This document shows, in pieces, positions 1 through 8,552 of a stretch of 64,000 nucleotides of DNA. The notes under the pieces are model-generated. The model was not told where the DNA came from. It was given only the letters and a program-made list of their open reading frames with translations, and searched no databases. The position numbers and the translations under genes were made by a program. Within the stretch, counting starts at the first letter, position 1. Each line of letters begins with the position of its first letter. The stretch is from Alphaproteobacteria bacterium (GTDB lineage: Bacteria; Pseudomonadota; Alphaproteobacteria; Bin95): positions 1,024,001-1,088,000 of the forward strand of contig CAXXWS020000002.1 of NCBI GenBank assembly GCA_963665325.3. Direction: 5' to 3'.

Positions 1-2
1 TG

Positions 3-1781
3 TCGGCGCGGCAGGGCCGGGACTACCTTGCCGCCGGCTGGCATCTCTACTTCCAGCCGGGCGAGACCGAGAAGCGGGTGTGGGTCTGGGTCTACGACGA
101 CAGCCATGACGAGGACCCGGAGACGTTCGAGTTCGTGCTGACGGAGGCGACGGTGGTGCCGATCGCGGACGGCGTGGCGGTGGGGACGATCGTGAACGAC
201 GACCCGCTGCCGGCGGCGTTCCTGGCGCGCTTCGGGCGCACGGTGGCGGAGCAGGCGCTGGACGGCATCGCGGGGCGCATGGCGGCCCCGCGCACGCCCG
301 GCATGCAGGGCACGGTTGCCGGGCAGGCGCTCAACTTCGACCCCGCCGCCGGCCGGCCGGCAGCGGGCGCAACGCCCGGCGCAACGCCGGCGGACCGCGA
401 TACGGCGCTGGCCATGGCCGACATCGCGCGCGGCTTCGGTGCGGATGCGCCCGCCGCGGTATCGCCGGGCGGCGCGGGCGACCGGTTCGGCGACGCCCGT
501 GCCGGCGCGTCCCTGGCGCAATCGCGGTCGATGACGGCGCGCGACGCGCTGCTCGGATCGAGTTTCTCGCTGACCGGCGCGGCGGACGGCTCGGGCGGCA
601 GCCTGGCGTTCTGGGGCCGGGCGTCGCAGGGGAGCTTCGACGGCCGCGAGGGGACGTTCTCGCTCGACGGCACGGTCACCACGGGCATGCTCGGCGCGGA
701 CTATGCGCGCGGCAAGTGGCTGGTCGGCCTGGCGCTCGCGCAGAGCGCGGGCGAGGGCGACTACCGCGACACCGAGGTCAGTCCCCGTCCCGACGGCCAG
801 AGCTGTCCCGACGGCGCGGACGCCGAACTGTGCGGCGGCGCCGTACGCGCGGGCGACGGCGCGGTGGAGGCGTCGCTGACGGCGGCGATCCCCTATGCGG
901 CGCTGCAGGTCTCGGAGCGTCTGAAGCTCTGGGGCGCGGCGGGCTACGGCACCGGCGAGGTGACGCTGAAGACCGCGCTGGGCGGCAGCTACAGCTCCGA
1001 CACGAGCTGGAGCATGGCGGCGGCGGGGCTCAGGGGCGACCTGCTGGCTTCCCCGGCCGAGGGCTCCGGGCCGGCGCTGGCGGTGACCTCGGACGCGCTG
1101 TGGACGCGGACCTCGTCGGAGAAGACCCGCGACCTCGCGGCCTCGGACTCCGACGCGACCCGGCTCCGGCTCGGGCTGGAGGGCAGCTGGCGGTTCGCGA
1201 TGGAGGGCGGCGGGTCTCTGGTGCCGAAGCTGGAGATCGGCGCACGCCATGACGGCGGCGATGCCGAGACCGGCTTCGGGGTCGAGATCGGCGGCGGGAT
1301 CGCGTGGAGCGACCCGGCGCTCGGTCTCTCGCTCGACGTCTCGGGCCGCACGCTGCTGGCGCACGAGAACGACGACCTGAAGGACCGGGGCTATGCGGCC
1401 TCGCTCGCCTTCGACCCGGACCCGGCGACGCAGCGGGGTCCGTCGCTCAACCTGCGCCAGGAGTTCGGCGGGCAGGCGCAGGGCGGGCTCGACGCGCTGT
1501 TCCAGCCGGCGACGCTGGAGGACCGCACGGGCAGCGAGGCCGCGTCCCGCTGGAGCATGGAAGCCGCGTACGGCTTCCCGGCCTTCGGCGGGCGCTGGAC
1601 CGGCAGCCCGCATGTGGGGCTGGGGCTTGCGACGGGCGCGCGCGACTACAGCCTCGGCTGGCGGCTGACGCCGGAAGCCGACGCGCCCGACTTCTCCTTC
1701 GGCCTCAGGGCGACCCGCAGGGAGAGCGATATGGACGCGCCGGAGCACACCGTGGGGTTCGAGGTCCGCGCGCGCTGGTAA
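3..1781 (+). CDS. C-terminal part of a large Calx-beta-repeat adhesin with autotransporter-like beta-barrel (5' partial)
   Basis: Frame open from window start: SARQGRDY...FQPGETEKRVWVWVYDDSHDEDPETFEFVL...AVGTIVNDD (Calx-beta), then barrel with GADY motif and terminal aromatic residue (VRARW). Confidence 0.8.
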   Translation, partial: SARQGRDYLAAGWHLYFQPGETEKRVWVWVYDDSHDEDPETFEFVLTEATVVPIADGVAVGTIVNDDPLPAAFLARFGRTVAEQALDGIAGRMAAPRTPGMQGTVAGQALNFDPAAGRPAAGATPGATPADRDTALAMADIARGFGADAPAAVSPGGAGDRFGDARAGASLAQSRSMTARDALLGSSFSLTGAADGSGGSLAFWGRASQGSFDGREGTFSLDGTVTTGMLGADYARGKWLVGLALAQSAGEGDYRDTEVSPRPDGQSCPDGADAELCGGAVRAGDGAVEASLTAAIPYAALQVSERLKLWGAAGYGTGEVTLKTALGGSYSSDTSWSMAAAGLRGDLLASPAEGSGPALAVTSDALWTRTSSEKTRDLAASDSDATRLRLGLEGSWRFAMEGGGSLVPKLEIGARHDGGDAETGFGVEIGGGIAWSDPALGLSLDVSGRTLLAHENDDLKDRGYAASLAFDPDPATQRGPSLNLRQEFGGQAQGGLDALFQPATLEDRTGSEAASRWSMEAAYGFPAFGGRWTGSPHVGLGLATGARDYSLGWRLTPEADAPDFSFGLRATRRESDMDAPEHTVGFEVRARW

Positions 1782-1868
1782 GCCATGGCGCGCGCCGATG
1801 ACCGCTGCGGGCGCGGGGCGGGTCCCCGGCTGCGCGCCCGCCGGTAGGCGCCGGGCGGGGGCTCGGCG

Positions 1869-2441
1869 GTGGACCGCGGCGTGGCGGGGAAGCGGGGCGC
1901 GATCCGGGGGGCGCACGCCTGGGCCTACATGCGGCGCGACCCGCTCTATCGCGCGGCGTGGGCGGCGCAGGCCGGCGCGGTGCGTTTCGAGTCGGCGGCA
2001 TTCCCCATCAAGGTGCAGGGCGAGGCGGACCTGGCGGCGGAGGCATGGTCGCTGCTGGCCTGGGAGGATCCCGGACCGGCGGCGTGGCGCTCGCCGTTCT
2101 GGTCGGGCATTCCGATGCTCGTCGGCGAGCCCGACCCGGAGCCGTGGCCCGACCCCGCGCCGCTGCTGGGGATGCTGGCCGAGGCGGGGGCGCGGGTCGA
2201 GGGGCTGCGCCTGCTGAGCGGCCGTCTGGTGGTGAAGGCGGAGCTGGGCAACGCGGTGTTGCAGATCATGGTGCCGTCGGGCCGGGCGTTCGGCCCCGGT
2301 GACGGGATTATGGCGAAGCTCGGGCTGAGCCTGCCGCTGGAGGCGGCGGTGGGCCGGGTGGAGGATCTGTGGCGGGTGGCGGGCCGGCTGCCCCCTCCTC
2401 GGAGGAGCCGGGTTCGGGGGCGGAGCACGCGGAGCTGCTGA
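1869..2441 (+). CDS. FseA-like transcriptional activator, N-terminal part (DUF6499 plus middle region)
   Basis: AWAYMRRDPLYRAAW resembles the DUF6499 AWEFLRRNPxY motif; WSLLAWEDP and SPFW follow. Confidence 0.7.
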   Translation: MDRGVAGKRGAIRGAHAWAYMRRDPLYRAAWAAQAGAVRFESAAFPIKVQGEADLAAEAWSLLAWEDPGPAAWRSPFWSGIPMLVGEPDPEPWPDPAPLLGMLAEAGARVEGLRLLSGRLVVKAELGNAVLQIMVPSGRAFGPGDGIMAKLGLSLPLEAAVGRVEDLWRVAGRLPPPRRSRVRGRSTRSC

Positions 2442-2668
2442 GGGTGCTGGACGCGCGGCTGGAGGCGGCGTCGGTGCAGGGGGTGGCGAAGGAGGTCCTG
2501 GGGGCGGACCGGTCGCAGAAGTGGGACACCGACGGCGGGGAGCGCTCGAAGGCGTATCGGCGCATCCGCAAGGCGAAGGCGTTCATGGAGGAGCGCTACC
2601 GGGAGTTTCTGGAGCCGGGCGGCGGGGGACGGCGCCGGCCCGCGAGGCGGCATTCCCGCGAGAGCTGA
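2369..2668 (+). CDS. DUF2285 HTH C-terminal part of the FseA-like activator, in the -1 frame relative to the upstream ORF
   Basis: LLRVLDARLEAASVQGVAKEVLG...W...RSKAYRRIRKAKAFMEERYREFL resembles DUF2285 (LRALDGxxAGASYREIAxxLFG...GYRxLL). Confidence 0.7.
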   Translation: MAGGGPAAPSSEEPGSGAEHAELLRVLDARLEAASVQGVAKEVLGADRSQKWDTDGGERSKAYRRIRKAKAFMEERYREFLEPGGGGRRRPARRHSRES

Positions 2669-2815
2669 GGGCGCGCGCCCCGCATGCCGATTCTCATCGT
2701 CTCATCGACTGCTGCCGATTTGCACGCCCGACGAGGGCGGTACGCGGTATGCGGTATCGGCGGGGGACGCGCGCGCCGGAACCCTCGCTGACGGCACCGT
2801 CGGCACCACCGTGAT

Positions 2816-2929
2816 GAGGTCTTCGACCGTCACCGGCGCGGGGCCACCCGGCAGATAGCCCGAGCCCGCCTCCACCGTGCCCGTCACCGGGCCGGAAGGC
2901 TCGTCGCCGGTGTCGGGGCAGTCATCGCC
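2816..2929 (-). pseudogene. Degenerate fragment of an adhesin Calx-beta/Ig-like repeat
   Basis: DDCPDTGDEPSGPVTGTVEAGSGYLPGGPAPVTVED resembles DDxxDEPDGxVTATVxAGxGYxVGxPxxxTVxD repeats. Confidence 0.4.
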
Positions 2930-3558
2930 CGCCGGGGGCAACCGGTGACCGGGGCGTGGCCGCCGCACATTGCGTCTTTCACGCACTGCCTCTCCGGCTC
3001 GAGTCCCGGCACAGGCTCCCCGCTGGAGGGTTGCGCGCACCGTAACGGACGGTCGAGACGGCCCCCGCCCCCCGATCCTGCCGGCCCTGCGTTCGGACGC
3101 CGGTGCTGCTTCCTGCTGCCGATATCCGCCCGACCGCTACCGCGTCCGGCGCCGTCCGCCGGTCCGCTGCCGCGCCGGCGGTGTCGAGTCGCTTCCTCCT
3201 TTCCCGTTCCGCCCGCCCTGCCGAATATCACCAATTTAGCCGGTGAATATCATCCAATGTAGCCGGCCAATGTCATCCAAAGTAGCCACCCAGTGTCAGC
3301 AAAGTAGCCACCCCGGAGCGCAGCGACGCGATCACGTTGCGGTCGGCAGGATTTCCTCCGCAGTTTCTCCATCATCGATACCACCGCCGAAGGCGTGGCG
3401 GCAAGGCGTTGAGGCATGGTGCGCGCGCGACGCGTGACCCCTCACGAGTCGGAGCGGCGCGCGCGCACCATGCTGTGGCACGCCCTCTCGTCTCGCACGG
3501 ACACCCCGGAGCGGAGCGACGCAGACGCCGCGCTCCGCGCGGCGCTCCCTCACCGCAC

Positions 3559-4323
3559 TCATGCCTTGGTTCCGGCGCCGGCGTCGTCGGTGCGCATGGA
3601 CGTGCCGTGCAGCTCGAAGCGGATGGCGCCATGAACGAGACGATCGAGGATGGCGTCCGCGAGGGTTGGATCATTGAGTTGCCGATGCCAGTCGGCCACC
3701 GGCAGCTGGGAGGTTACGATCACCGAGCGGCGGCCGAAGCGGTCGTCGAGGATTTCGAGGAGATCGCGGCCGCGGGCGGCATCGATGGGCGCCAGGCCCC
3801 AGTCGTCGAGGATGAGGACCTCGATCCGGGCGAGGTCGCGGTAGAGCTTCGGCACCGTGCCCTCGCCGTGCGCGATCCGCAGCTCGGTGAGCAGGCGGGG
3901 GACGCGCTGGTACTGGGCCTGGTGGCCTTCGAGACAGGCCTTGTGGGCGAGCGCGCAAGAGAGCCAGCTCTTGCCCGTGCCGCACGGGCCGGTGATCAGG
4001 ATGTTGGCGCCGTTGCGGACCCAGGCGCAGTCGCCGAGGCCGAGGACGACGCTGCGGTCGAGGCCGCGGGGCCGGCTGAGGTTGATGTCTTCGAAGCAGG
4101 CGTCCGTGTGGCGCAGCTGGGCCTTCTTGAGGCGCCGCTGCAGGGCGCGCGAGCGCCGCTCGGCGATCTCGCGGTCGACCAGCAGCGCGAGCCGGTCCTC
4201 GAACGTCATGTCGTCGAGGTCGTTGCGCGCCATCTGTTCGAGGAAGGCGGCGTGCATGCCGGGCAGACGCAATGAGGCGATCCGCTCGGCCAATGGATGG
4301 GATAACGCGTTCTTGTCGGTCAT
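3559..4323 (-). CDS. istB: IS21 helper ATPase IstB
   Basis: Walker A GPCGTGKS, LILDDWG, DAILDRLVH; overlaps istA stop. Confidence 0.95.
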   Translation of the reverse strand: MTDKNALSHPLAERIASLRLPGMHAAFLEQMARNDLDDMTFEDRLALLVDREIAERRSRALQRRLKKAQLRHTDACFEDINLSRPRGLDRSVVLGLGDCAWVRNGANILITGPCGTGKSWLSCALAHKACLEGHQAQYQRVPRLLTELRIAHGEGTVPKLYRDLARIEVLILDDWGLAPIDAARGRDLLEILDDRFGRRSVIVTSQLPVADWHRQLNDPTLADAILDRLVHGAIRFELHGTSMRTDDAGAGTKA

Positions 4324-5849
4324 CGATAGTACTCCGGTCCTCTGATGTTGGAATGATCGATCGGCGCGGTCTCGGGCTCCTGCGCGGCGGTGAGATCGGC
4401 GCCGGTGCGCAGGATGTTGTCGAGCCCGCGATAGGACACCGAGCCGAGCTCCATGGCGTAGCGGCAGGCGTCGTCGAAGCGGTCCGGCTCTTGGCCGTTG
4501 GCCAGGCGCAGCACGCCATAGCAGGAGCGGAAGCCGAACTCGGGATTGGGGTTGCGCTCCATGATCGCGACCACGACGGCGAGGACATGGGGGCCGATGT
4601 TCCCTGCGTCCTGCTCCAGCCGGGCGCGGGTATCCTCGACGCCGGCGCGCTGGTGCTTCGCAGGCTGATGTTCCTTGAGGGTGGTCGCGCGGCCCTTCCT
4701 GTTGCTCCGCAGGTGGCTGGCGATCTGCCGGCCGCGGTGGAAGACGTCGATCACCTGGCCGCGCAAGCGGACATCGACCTCCTTGCCGACATACTGGTAG
4801 GGCACCGAGTAGAACCGGTAGTCGATGGCGATGTGGTAGTCAGGGTGGACCGTGTTCTTGCGCCACACCGTGCGCTGCCAGCGCCGGTCCGGCAGCGGGT
4901 TCATGTGCGGGAGGTCGATGGCCTCGAATCGCTCGTAGCGGTTCTCGCCCGTGCCGTCGGCGTAGGGCTTGGCGTTGAGCTTCCGGACCTGGGCGGCAAT
5001 CGCCCGGTTCAGCGACGCCAGATCATGGAAGACGTGCTTGCGCAGAGGCGCGAGGATCCAGCGTTCGGCCTGGAGCACGCCGTTCTCGACGAGACCCTTG
5101 TCACGGGGCTTTCTCACGCGCGCCGGGAAGCCCTGGGCGCCGTAATGCTCGAGCAGATCGGAGTAGGTCTCGTTCAGGACCGGCTCGTAGCGCGACGGCT
5201 TGATCACCGCCGGCTTGATGTTGTCAGGCACCACCACCGGCGGCGCCCAGCCCATGTCCTCGAAGCAGCGCACATGCGAGGCGCACCAATCTTCGATCTT
5301 CTGGCTCAGCGTCGCCTCGGCGTAGAGCCGGCCCGAGACGCCCATCGAGGCCACGAACACCTGCGCCTCGTGTTCCACCCGGTCGATCAGCAGCGGCACC
5401 GTCATGCCGGCGTAGTCGACGAACAACCGCTCGCCGGGACGGCGGTTCTGACGCATCGTCACGCCCCGCCGCGGCCGCCAGTCCCGGAACCGGCGGCACC
5501 AGGTGACATAGCTCATGCCGCCGGGATGCGTCTCGCGCCATTCCTCCCACAACAGCTTCAGCGTCATGCCGCGCCCGGACAGGTCCTTCTCGACCTGCGT
5601 CCAGTCCACATCATCTGCCGACACGTCCTGCCGAGCGGGCGGATAGAGCGCCGCCTCAAGGGCCTCCTCGTCCAGCTCGCGGGCTTCCGGCCAACTCAGG
5701 CCCGAGGCGTCGAACCGCTCCACCAGGAGAGCCACCGAGCGCCGCGCGATGCCGCAGTGAGCCGCGATCGTCCGTGCGCTGCGCCCCTCGTCGAAATGAT
5801 ACGCAAGTGCCTTCTTCACCTTCCTCATCGGCAGCCGTCCCCGTGCCAT
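4320..5849 (-). CDS. istA: IS21 transposase IstA
   Basis: PGERLFVDYAG, VVPDNIK, KPRDKGLVE DDE motifs; AGGAGG RBS before ATG 5849. Confidence 0.95.
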   Translation of the reverse strand: MARGRLPMRKVKKALAYHFDEGRSARTIAAHCGIARRSVALLVERFDASGLSWPEARELDEEALEAALYPPARQDVSADDVDWTQVEKDLSGRGMTLKLLWEEWRETHPGGMSYVTWCRRFRDWRPRRGVTMRQNRRPGERLFVDYAGMTVPLLIDRVEHEAQVFVASMGVSGRLYAEATLSQKIEDWCASHVRCFEDMGWAPPVVVPDNIKPAVIKPSRYEPVLNETYSDLLEHYGAQGFPARVRKPRDKGLVENGVLQAERWILAPLRKHVFHDLASLNRAIAAQVRKLNAKPYADGTGENRYERFEAIDLPHMNPLPDRRWQRTVWRKNTVHPDYHIAIDYRFYSVPYQYVGKEVDVRLRGQVIDVFHRGRQIASHLRSNRKGRATTLKEHQPAKHQRAGVEDTRARLEQDAGNIGPHVLAVVVAIMERNPNPEFGFRSCYGVLRLANGQEPDRFDDACRYAMELGSVSYRGLDNILRTGADLTAAQEPETAPIDHSNIRGPEYYR

Positions 5850-5930
5850 CCCTTCCTCCTCGGATCGATCGCGAAAATCCGAGGCGTAGGGCGGCACCCT
5901 GTGTCGTTCCAAAATCCGCCGCCCCCGAGG

Positions 5931-6033
5931 GGTGGCTACTTTGCTGACACCGGGTGGCTACTTTCGATGAAATCGGGTGGCTACTTTGCGTGAAACTCGG
6001 TGGCTACTTTGCGTGAAACTCGGTGGCTACTTT
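5931..6033. repeat. IS21 subterminal transposase-binding repeats (GGTGGCTACTTT x5, ~23-bp period)
   Basis: Copies at 5931, 5953, 5976, 5999, 6022; inverted copies AAAGTAGCCACC at 3279 and 3301. Confidence 0.9.
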
Positions 6034-6123
6034 GCTGATACTCGGCACGCCCGGCGTGCGCCCTGCGCATGGCTGCGCTGGCCGCGTGCGGCCGCGCGAG
6101 GCCCCGTGTGGTGGGGTCGCGCA

Positions 6124-6151
6124 GGCGAATCGCAAATCGACCCTCCCCGCC
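6124..6151 (+). promoter_or_regulatory. Candidate FseA-box upstream of the rdfS-like gene
   Basis: GGCGAA-N16-CCCGCC; resembles the GGCGAA-N16-TTCGCC inverted repeat recalled (not verified) for Mesorhizobium PrdfS. Confidence 0.35.
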
Positions 6152-6243
6152 GGTGCCCGGTCCCGGTTCAATCGCGGGACAGGCCGACGGCGCCGAGGGG
6201 CGGCGTCGCGGCGGGGCGGAGCGGGAAGCCGAGGAGGACTGCG

Positions 6244-6558
6244 ATGAACGACGAACGCAACTACCTGTCGACGTGCGAGGCGGCCGAGTACCTGGGGCTG
6301 TCGGCGCGCACGCTCAGGCGCTACCGGGTCACGGGCGACGGGCCGGTGTTCCACCGTTTCGGCGGCCGGGTGCGCTACCGGCGCGAGCATCTCGACGCCT
6401 GGGCGGCGGCGCGCCGGCGGTTGTCGACCGTCGACGACGGCAGCGCGCTGCCAGCCCCGCGCGTCCCCGTCTCCCGCGCTCCCCGCCCGCGAGCCGGAAC
6501 TCGCAGGGCGCGGGGGAAGGAGGAGGCCAGGGCCGACGATCCGGGAGCGGCGCGATGA
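6244..6558 (+). CDS. rdfS: RdfS-like excisionase / recombination directionality factor (MerR-like wHTH)
   Basis: YLSTCEAAEYLGLSARTLRRYRVTGDGPVFHRFGGRVRY...LDAWA...STVD; GAGGAGGA RBS. Confidence 0.85.
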   Translation: MNDERNYLSTCEAAEYLGLSARTLRRYRVTGDGPVFHRFGGRVRYRREHLDAWAAARRRLSTVDDGSALPAPRVPVSRAPRPRAGTRRARGKEEARADDPGAAR

Positions 6559-6896
6559 AGGGCGCGGCGGCGACGCCGGTGCCCGGCACGGGTCCCTCCG
6601 GCGCCGCATGGCGCGGGGCGGCCGTCCTCGCGTTGACGGCCGCATCCGTGCTGGCCGGCCCGGATGCAGCGCTGGCGACCACGGACACGACCTTCGATGC
6701 CCCGCTCGACACGGTGCAGGACATCGTCGGCGGCAGCGGCGGGCAGCTCGCGGCGGCGCTGGCCGTGGGCGCAGCGCTGGTGGGCTCGGTGCTGCGTTTC
6801 AACGCGATGCAGCTGATGGGCGCGGTCGGGGTCGGCATCGCGGCGGGCGCGGACACCGGCATCGTCACCGGCCTGGTCGGCTCGGCGATCGTCTGA
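6555..6896 (+). CDS. traA: Conjugative pilin precursor (TraA-like)
   Basis: Leader ending ALA, two hydrophobic segments, position before traL, ATGA overlap with rdfS. Confidence 0.7.
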   Translation: MKGAAATPVPGTGPSGAAWRGAAVLALTAASVLAGPDAALATTDTTFDAPLDTVQDIVGGSGGQLAAALAVGAALVGSVLRFNAMQLMGAVGVGIAAGADTGIVTGLVGSAIV

Positions 6897-7189
6897 TGAA
6901 CGACACCGCGCGCCACACCATTCCCCGGCGTCTCGACGATCCGGAGCGCTGGCTGTTCTGGACCGTCGACGAGGCCGCCGCGCTGATGGGCCCGGCGCTG
7001 CTCGGTCTGGCCGCCAACCAGTTCGTGACCGGGCTGGTCGCGGGCATCGGCGGCTGGCTCGCGCTGCGCCGGGTCAAGCGCGGCGGCGGGGCCAACATCG
7101 CGCGCTACGCGCTCTACTGGTTCCTGCCGGACTTCGTGCTGCGGCTCAGGGCGACGCCGCCGAGCCATCTCCGGCGCTTCGCGGGCTGA
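6896..7189 (+). CDS. traL: F-type T4SS protein TraL
   Basis: IPRRLDDPERWLFWTVDE...YWFLP...PPSHLR. Confidence 0.9.
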   Translation: MNDTARHTIPRRLDDPERWLFWTVDEAAALMGPALLGLAANQFVTGLVAGIGGWLALRRVKRGGGANIARYALYWFLPDFVLRLRATPPSHLRRFAG

Positions 7190-7200
7190 GGAACGGGGGG

Positions 7201-7767
7201 ATGCGCCGTGTCGAGCTCGAGAGCGCGGTGCGCCGGGTGCGGGACATCCGCCTGGCGCTGGCCGGGCTGCTGGTGCTGTCGATGACGGCCAACCTTGCGC
7301 TCACGGTGGGCTTTGCCGGGCGCGAGACGGCGACGGTGCTGCTGCCGGCGACGGCGGGGCCTTCCTGGGCGGTCGGCGGCGGTGGCGCGGGGGAAGGCCG
7401 GGCCGGCGCCCGGTATCTGGAGGACATGGCGCGCACCGTGGCGGTGACGCTGCTGACGCTGACGCCGGAGAACGCGGCCCATGTGCGGCTGGCGGCGGCG
7501 CGCATGAGCCACCCCTCGGCGCGCGGCGCGATCGGCGCCTGGGTCGAGGCCGAGGCCGCCCGCATGGCCGGGCGCGATCTCGCCAGCGCCTTCTACCCCG
7601 AAGAGATCGAGGCCGACCCCGAGCGGCTCACGGTGGAGATATCGGGCGAGCTGGTGACCTGGATCGGGCGCGAGGAGGCCTCGCGCGAGGACCGGCGCTA
7701 CCGGCTCGCCTTCCGCATCGAGGCCGGGCGCATCGGCCTGCTGCGCTTCGAACAGATGGAGAACTGA
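7201..7767 (+). CDS. traE: F-type T4SS protein TraE
   Basis: N-terminal TM, YLEDMA...LLTLTPEN, SAFYP; synteny. Confidence 0.9.
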   Translation: MRRVELESAVRRVRDIRLALAGLLVLSMTANLALTVGFAGRETATVLLPATAGPSWAVGGGGAGEGRAGARYLEDMARTVAVTLLTLTPENAAHVRLAAARMSHPSARGAIGAWVEAEAARMAGRDLASAFYPEEIEADPERLTVEISGELVTWIGREEASREDRRYRLAFRIEAGRIGLLRFEQMEN

Positions 7768-7769
7768 CC

Positions 7770-8552
7770 GTGAAACGGATACATCGGTGGGCGCTCGCCA
7801 TTGCATGCGCCATGTTCATGGGCGCGGTGCTGGCGCCTGTCCCGGCTCTGGCGATGCAGATCCTGGAGGCGGCCGACCATGCCGAGCTCGCCGCGGAAAT
7901 CTCCGCGACCGGCGTCAACCGGATCGCGCTCGCAGGCGACCGGATCGCCCGGGTGGTGCGGGCGCCGGACGGATACGCGGTCGAGCACGACGCGGCGTCG
8001 GGCGACCTCTATCTGAGGTCCGCCGTGGCGGGGCCTGTGGAACCGGGGACCGGACAGGCGGTCCGATACGAGCCGGTCACGCTGTTCGTCGGCACCGAGC
8101 GGGGCTTCACCTACCGGCTGACGCTGACGCCGTCGGCGCGGGGCTCGGCGCAGATATTGATCCGCAACGCGGCGGTGTTGCCGGACGCGGCGACCGCCGT
8201 CCCGGCCGGCCGGGACAGCCCCCGCGTGGCGGCGCTGGTGCGGCTGGTGCGCGCTGTGACGCGGCGCGAGCCGCTGGCGGCCTACGAAATCCACGCCGGT
8301 GGGCCTTCCCTTTCCGGCCTCATCCCGATCGAGACCTGGCGGGGCCCGCGCTTCCGGGCGCTCGTGTTCGAGGCCGGCCGTTCCGCGCCCGCCGGCGGGG
8401 ACGGGTCCGCGGGCCTCGCCGGGACCATCGGGGACAGCCTGGCCCCGGGCCGCCTTGCCGCGCTCTGGCTCGCCGCGCCCGGTAGCGGGCCGAGCGGTGG
8501 GCGTCTCGCCGTGGCGATCGTGGAGACCGCCCGCATGGAGACTCCGCGATGA
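7770..8552 (+). CDS. traK: F-type T4SS protein TraK
   Basis: Signal peptide, ISATGVNRIALAGDRI, LFVGTERGFTYRLTL. Confidence 0.9.
   Translation: MKRIHRWALAIACAMFMGAVLAPVPALAMQILEAADHAELAAEISATGVNRIALAGDRIARVVRAPDGYAVEHDAASGDLYLRSAVAGPVEPGTGQAVRYEPVTLFVGTERGFTYRLTLTPSARGSAQILIRNAAVLPDAATAVPAGRDSPRVAALVRLVRAVTRREPLAAYEIHAGGPSLSGLIPIETWRGPRFRALVFEAGRSAPAGGDGSAGLAGTIGDSLAPGRLAALWLAAPGSGPSGGRLAVAIVETARMETPR

Larger units (their letters stand above)
3219..6047 (-). mobile_element. IS21-family insertion sequence, 2829 bp, with 5-bp target duplication CGCCC
   Basis: TG...CA ends; terminal IRs TGCCGAATATCACCAATTTAGCC and revcomp TGCCGAGTATCAGCAAAGTAGCC; CGCCC at 3214-3218 and 6048-6052; istA-istB inside. 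Confidence 0.95.

Noticed and set aside
5931-6033. Regularly spaced repeats resembling a mini CRISPR array or iterons
   Set aside because: Spacers are ~11 bp and similar to each other; mirrored copies at the other IS end identify them as IS21 terminal repeats; no cas or rep gene
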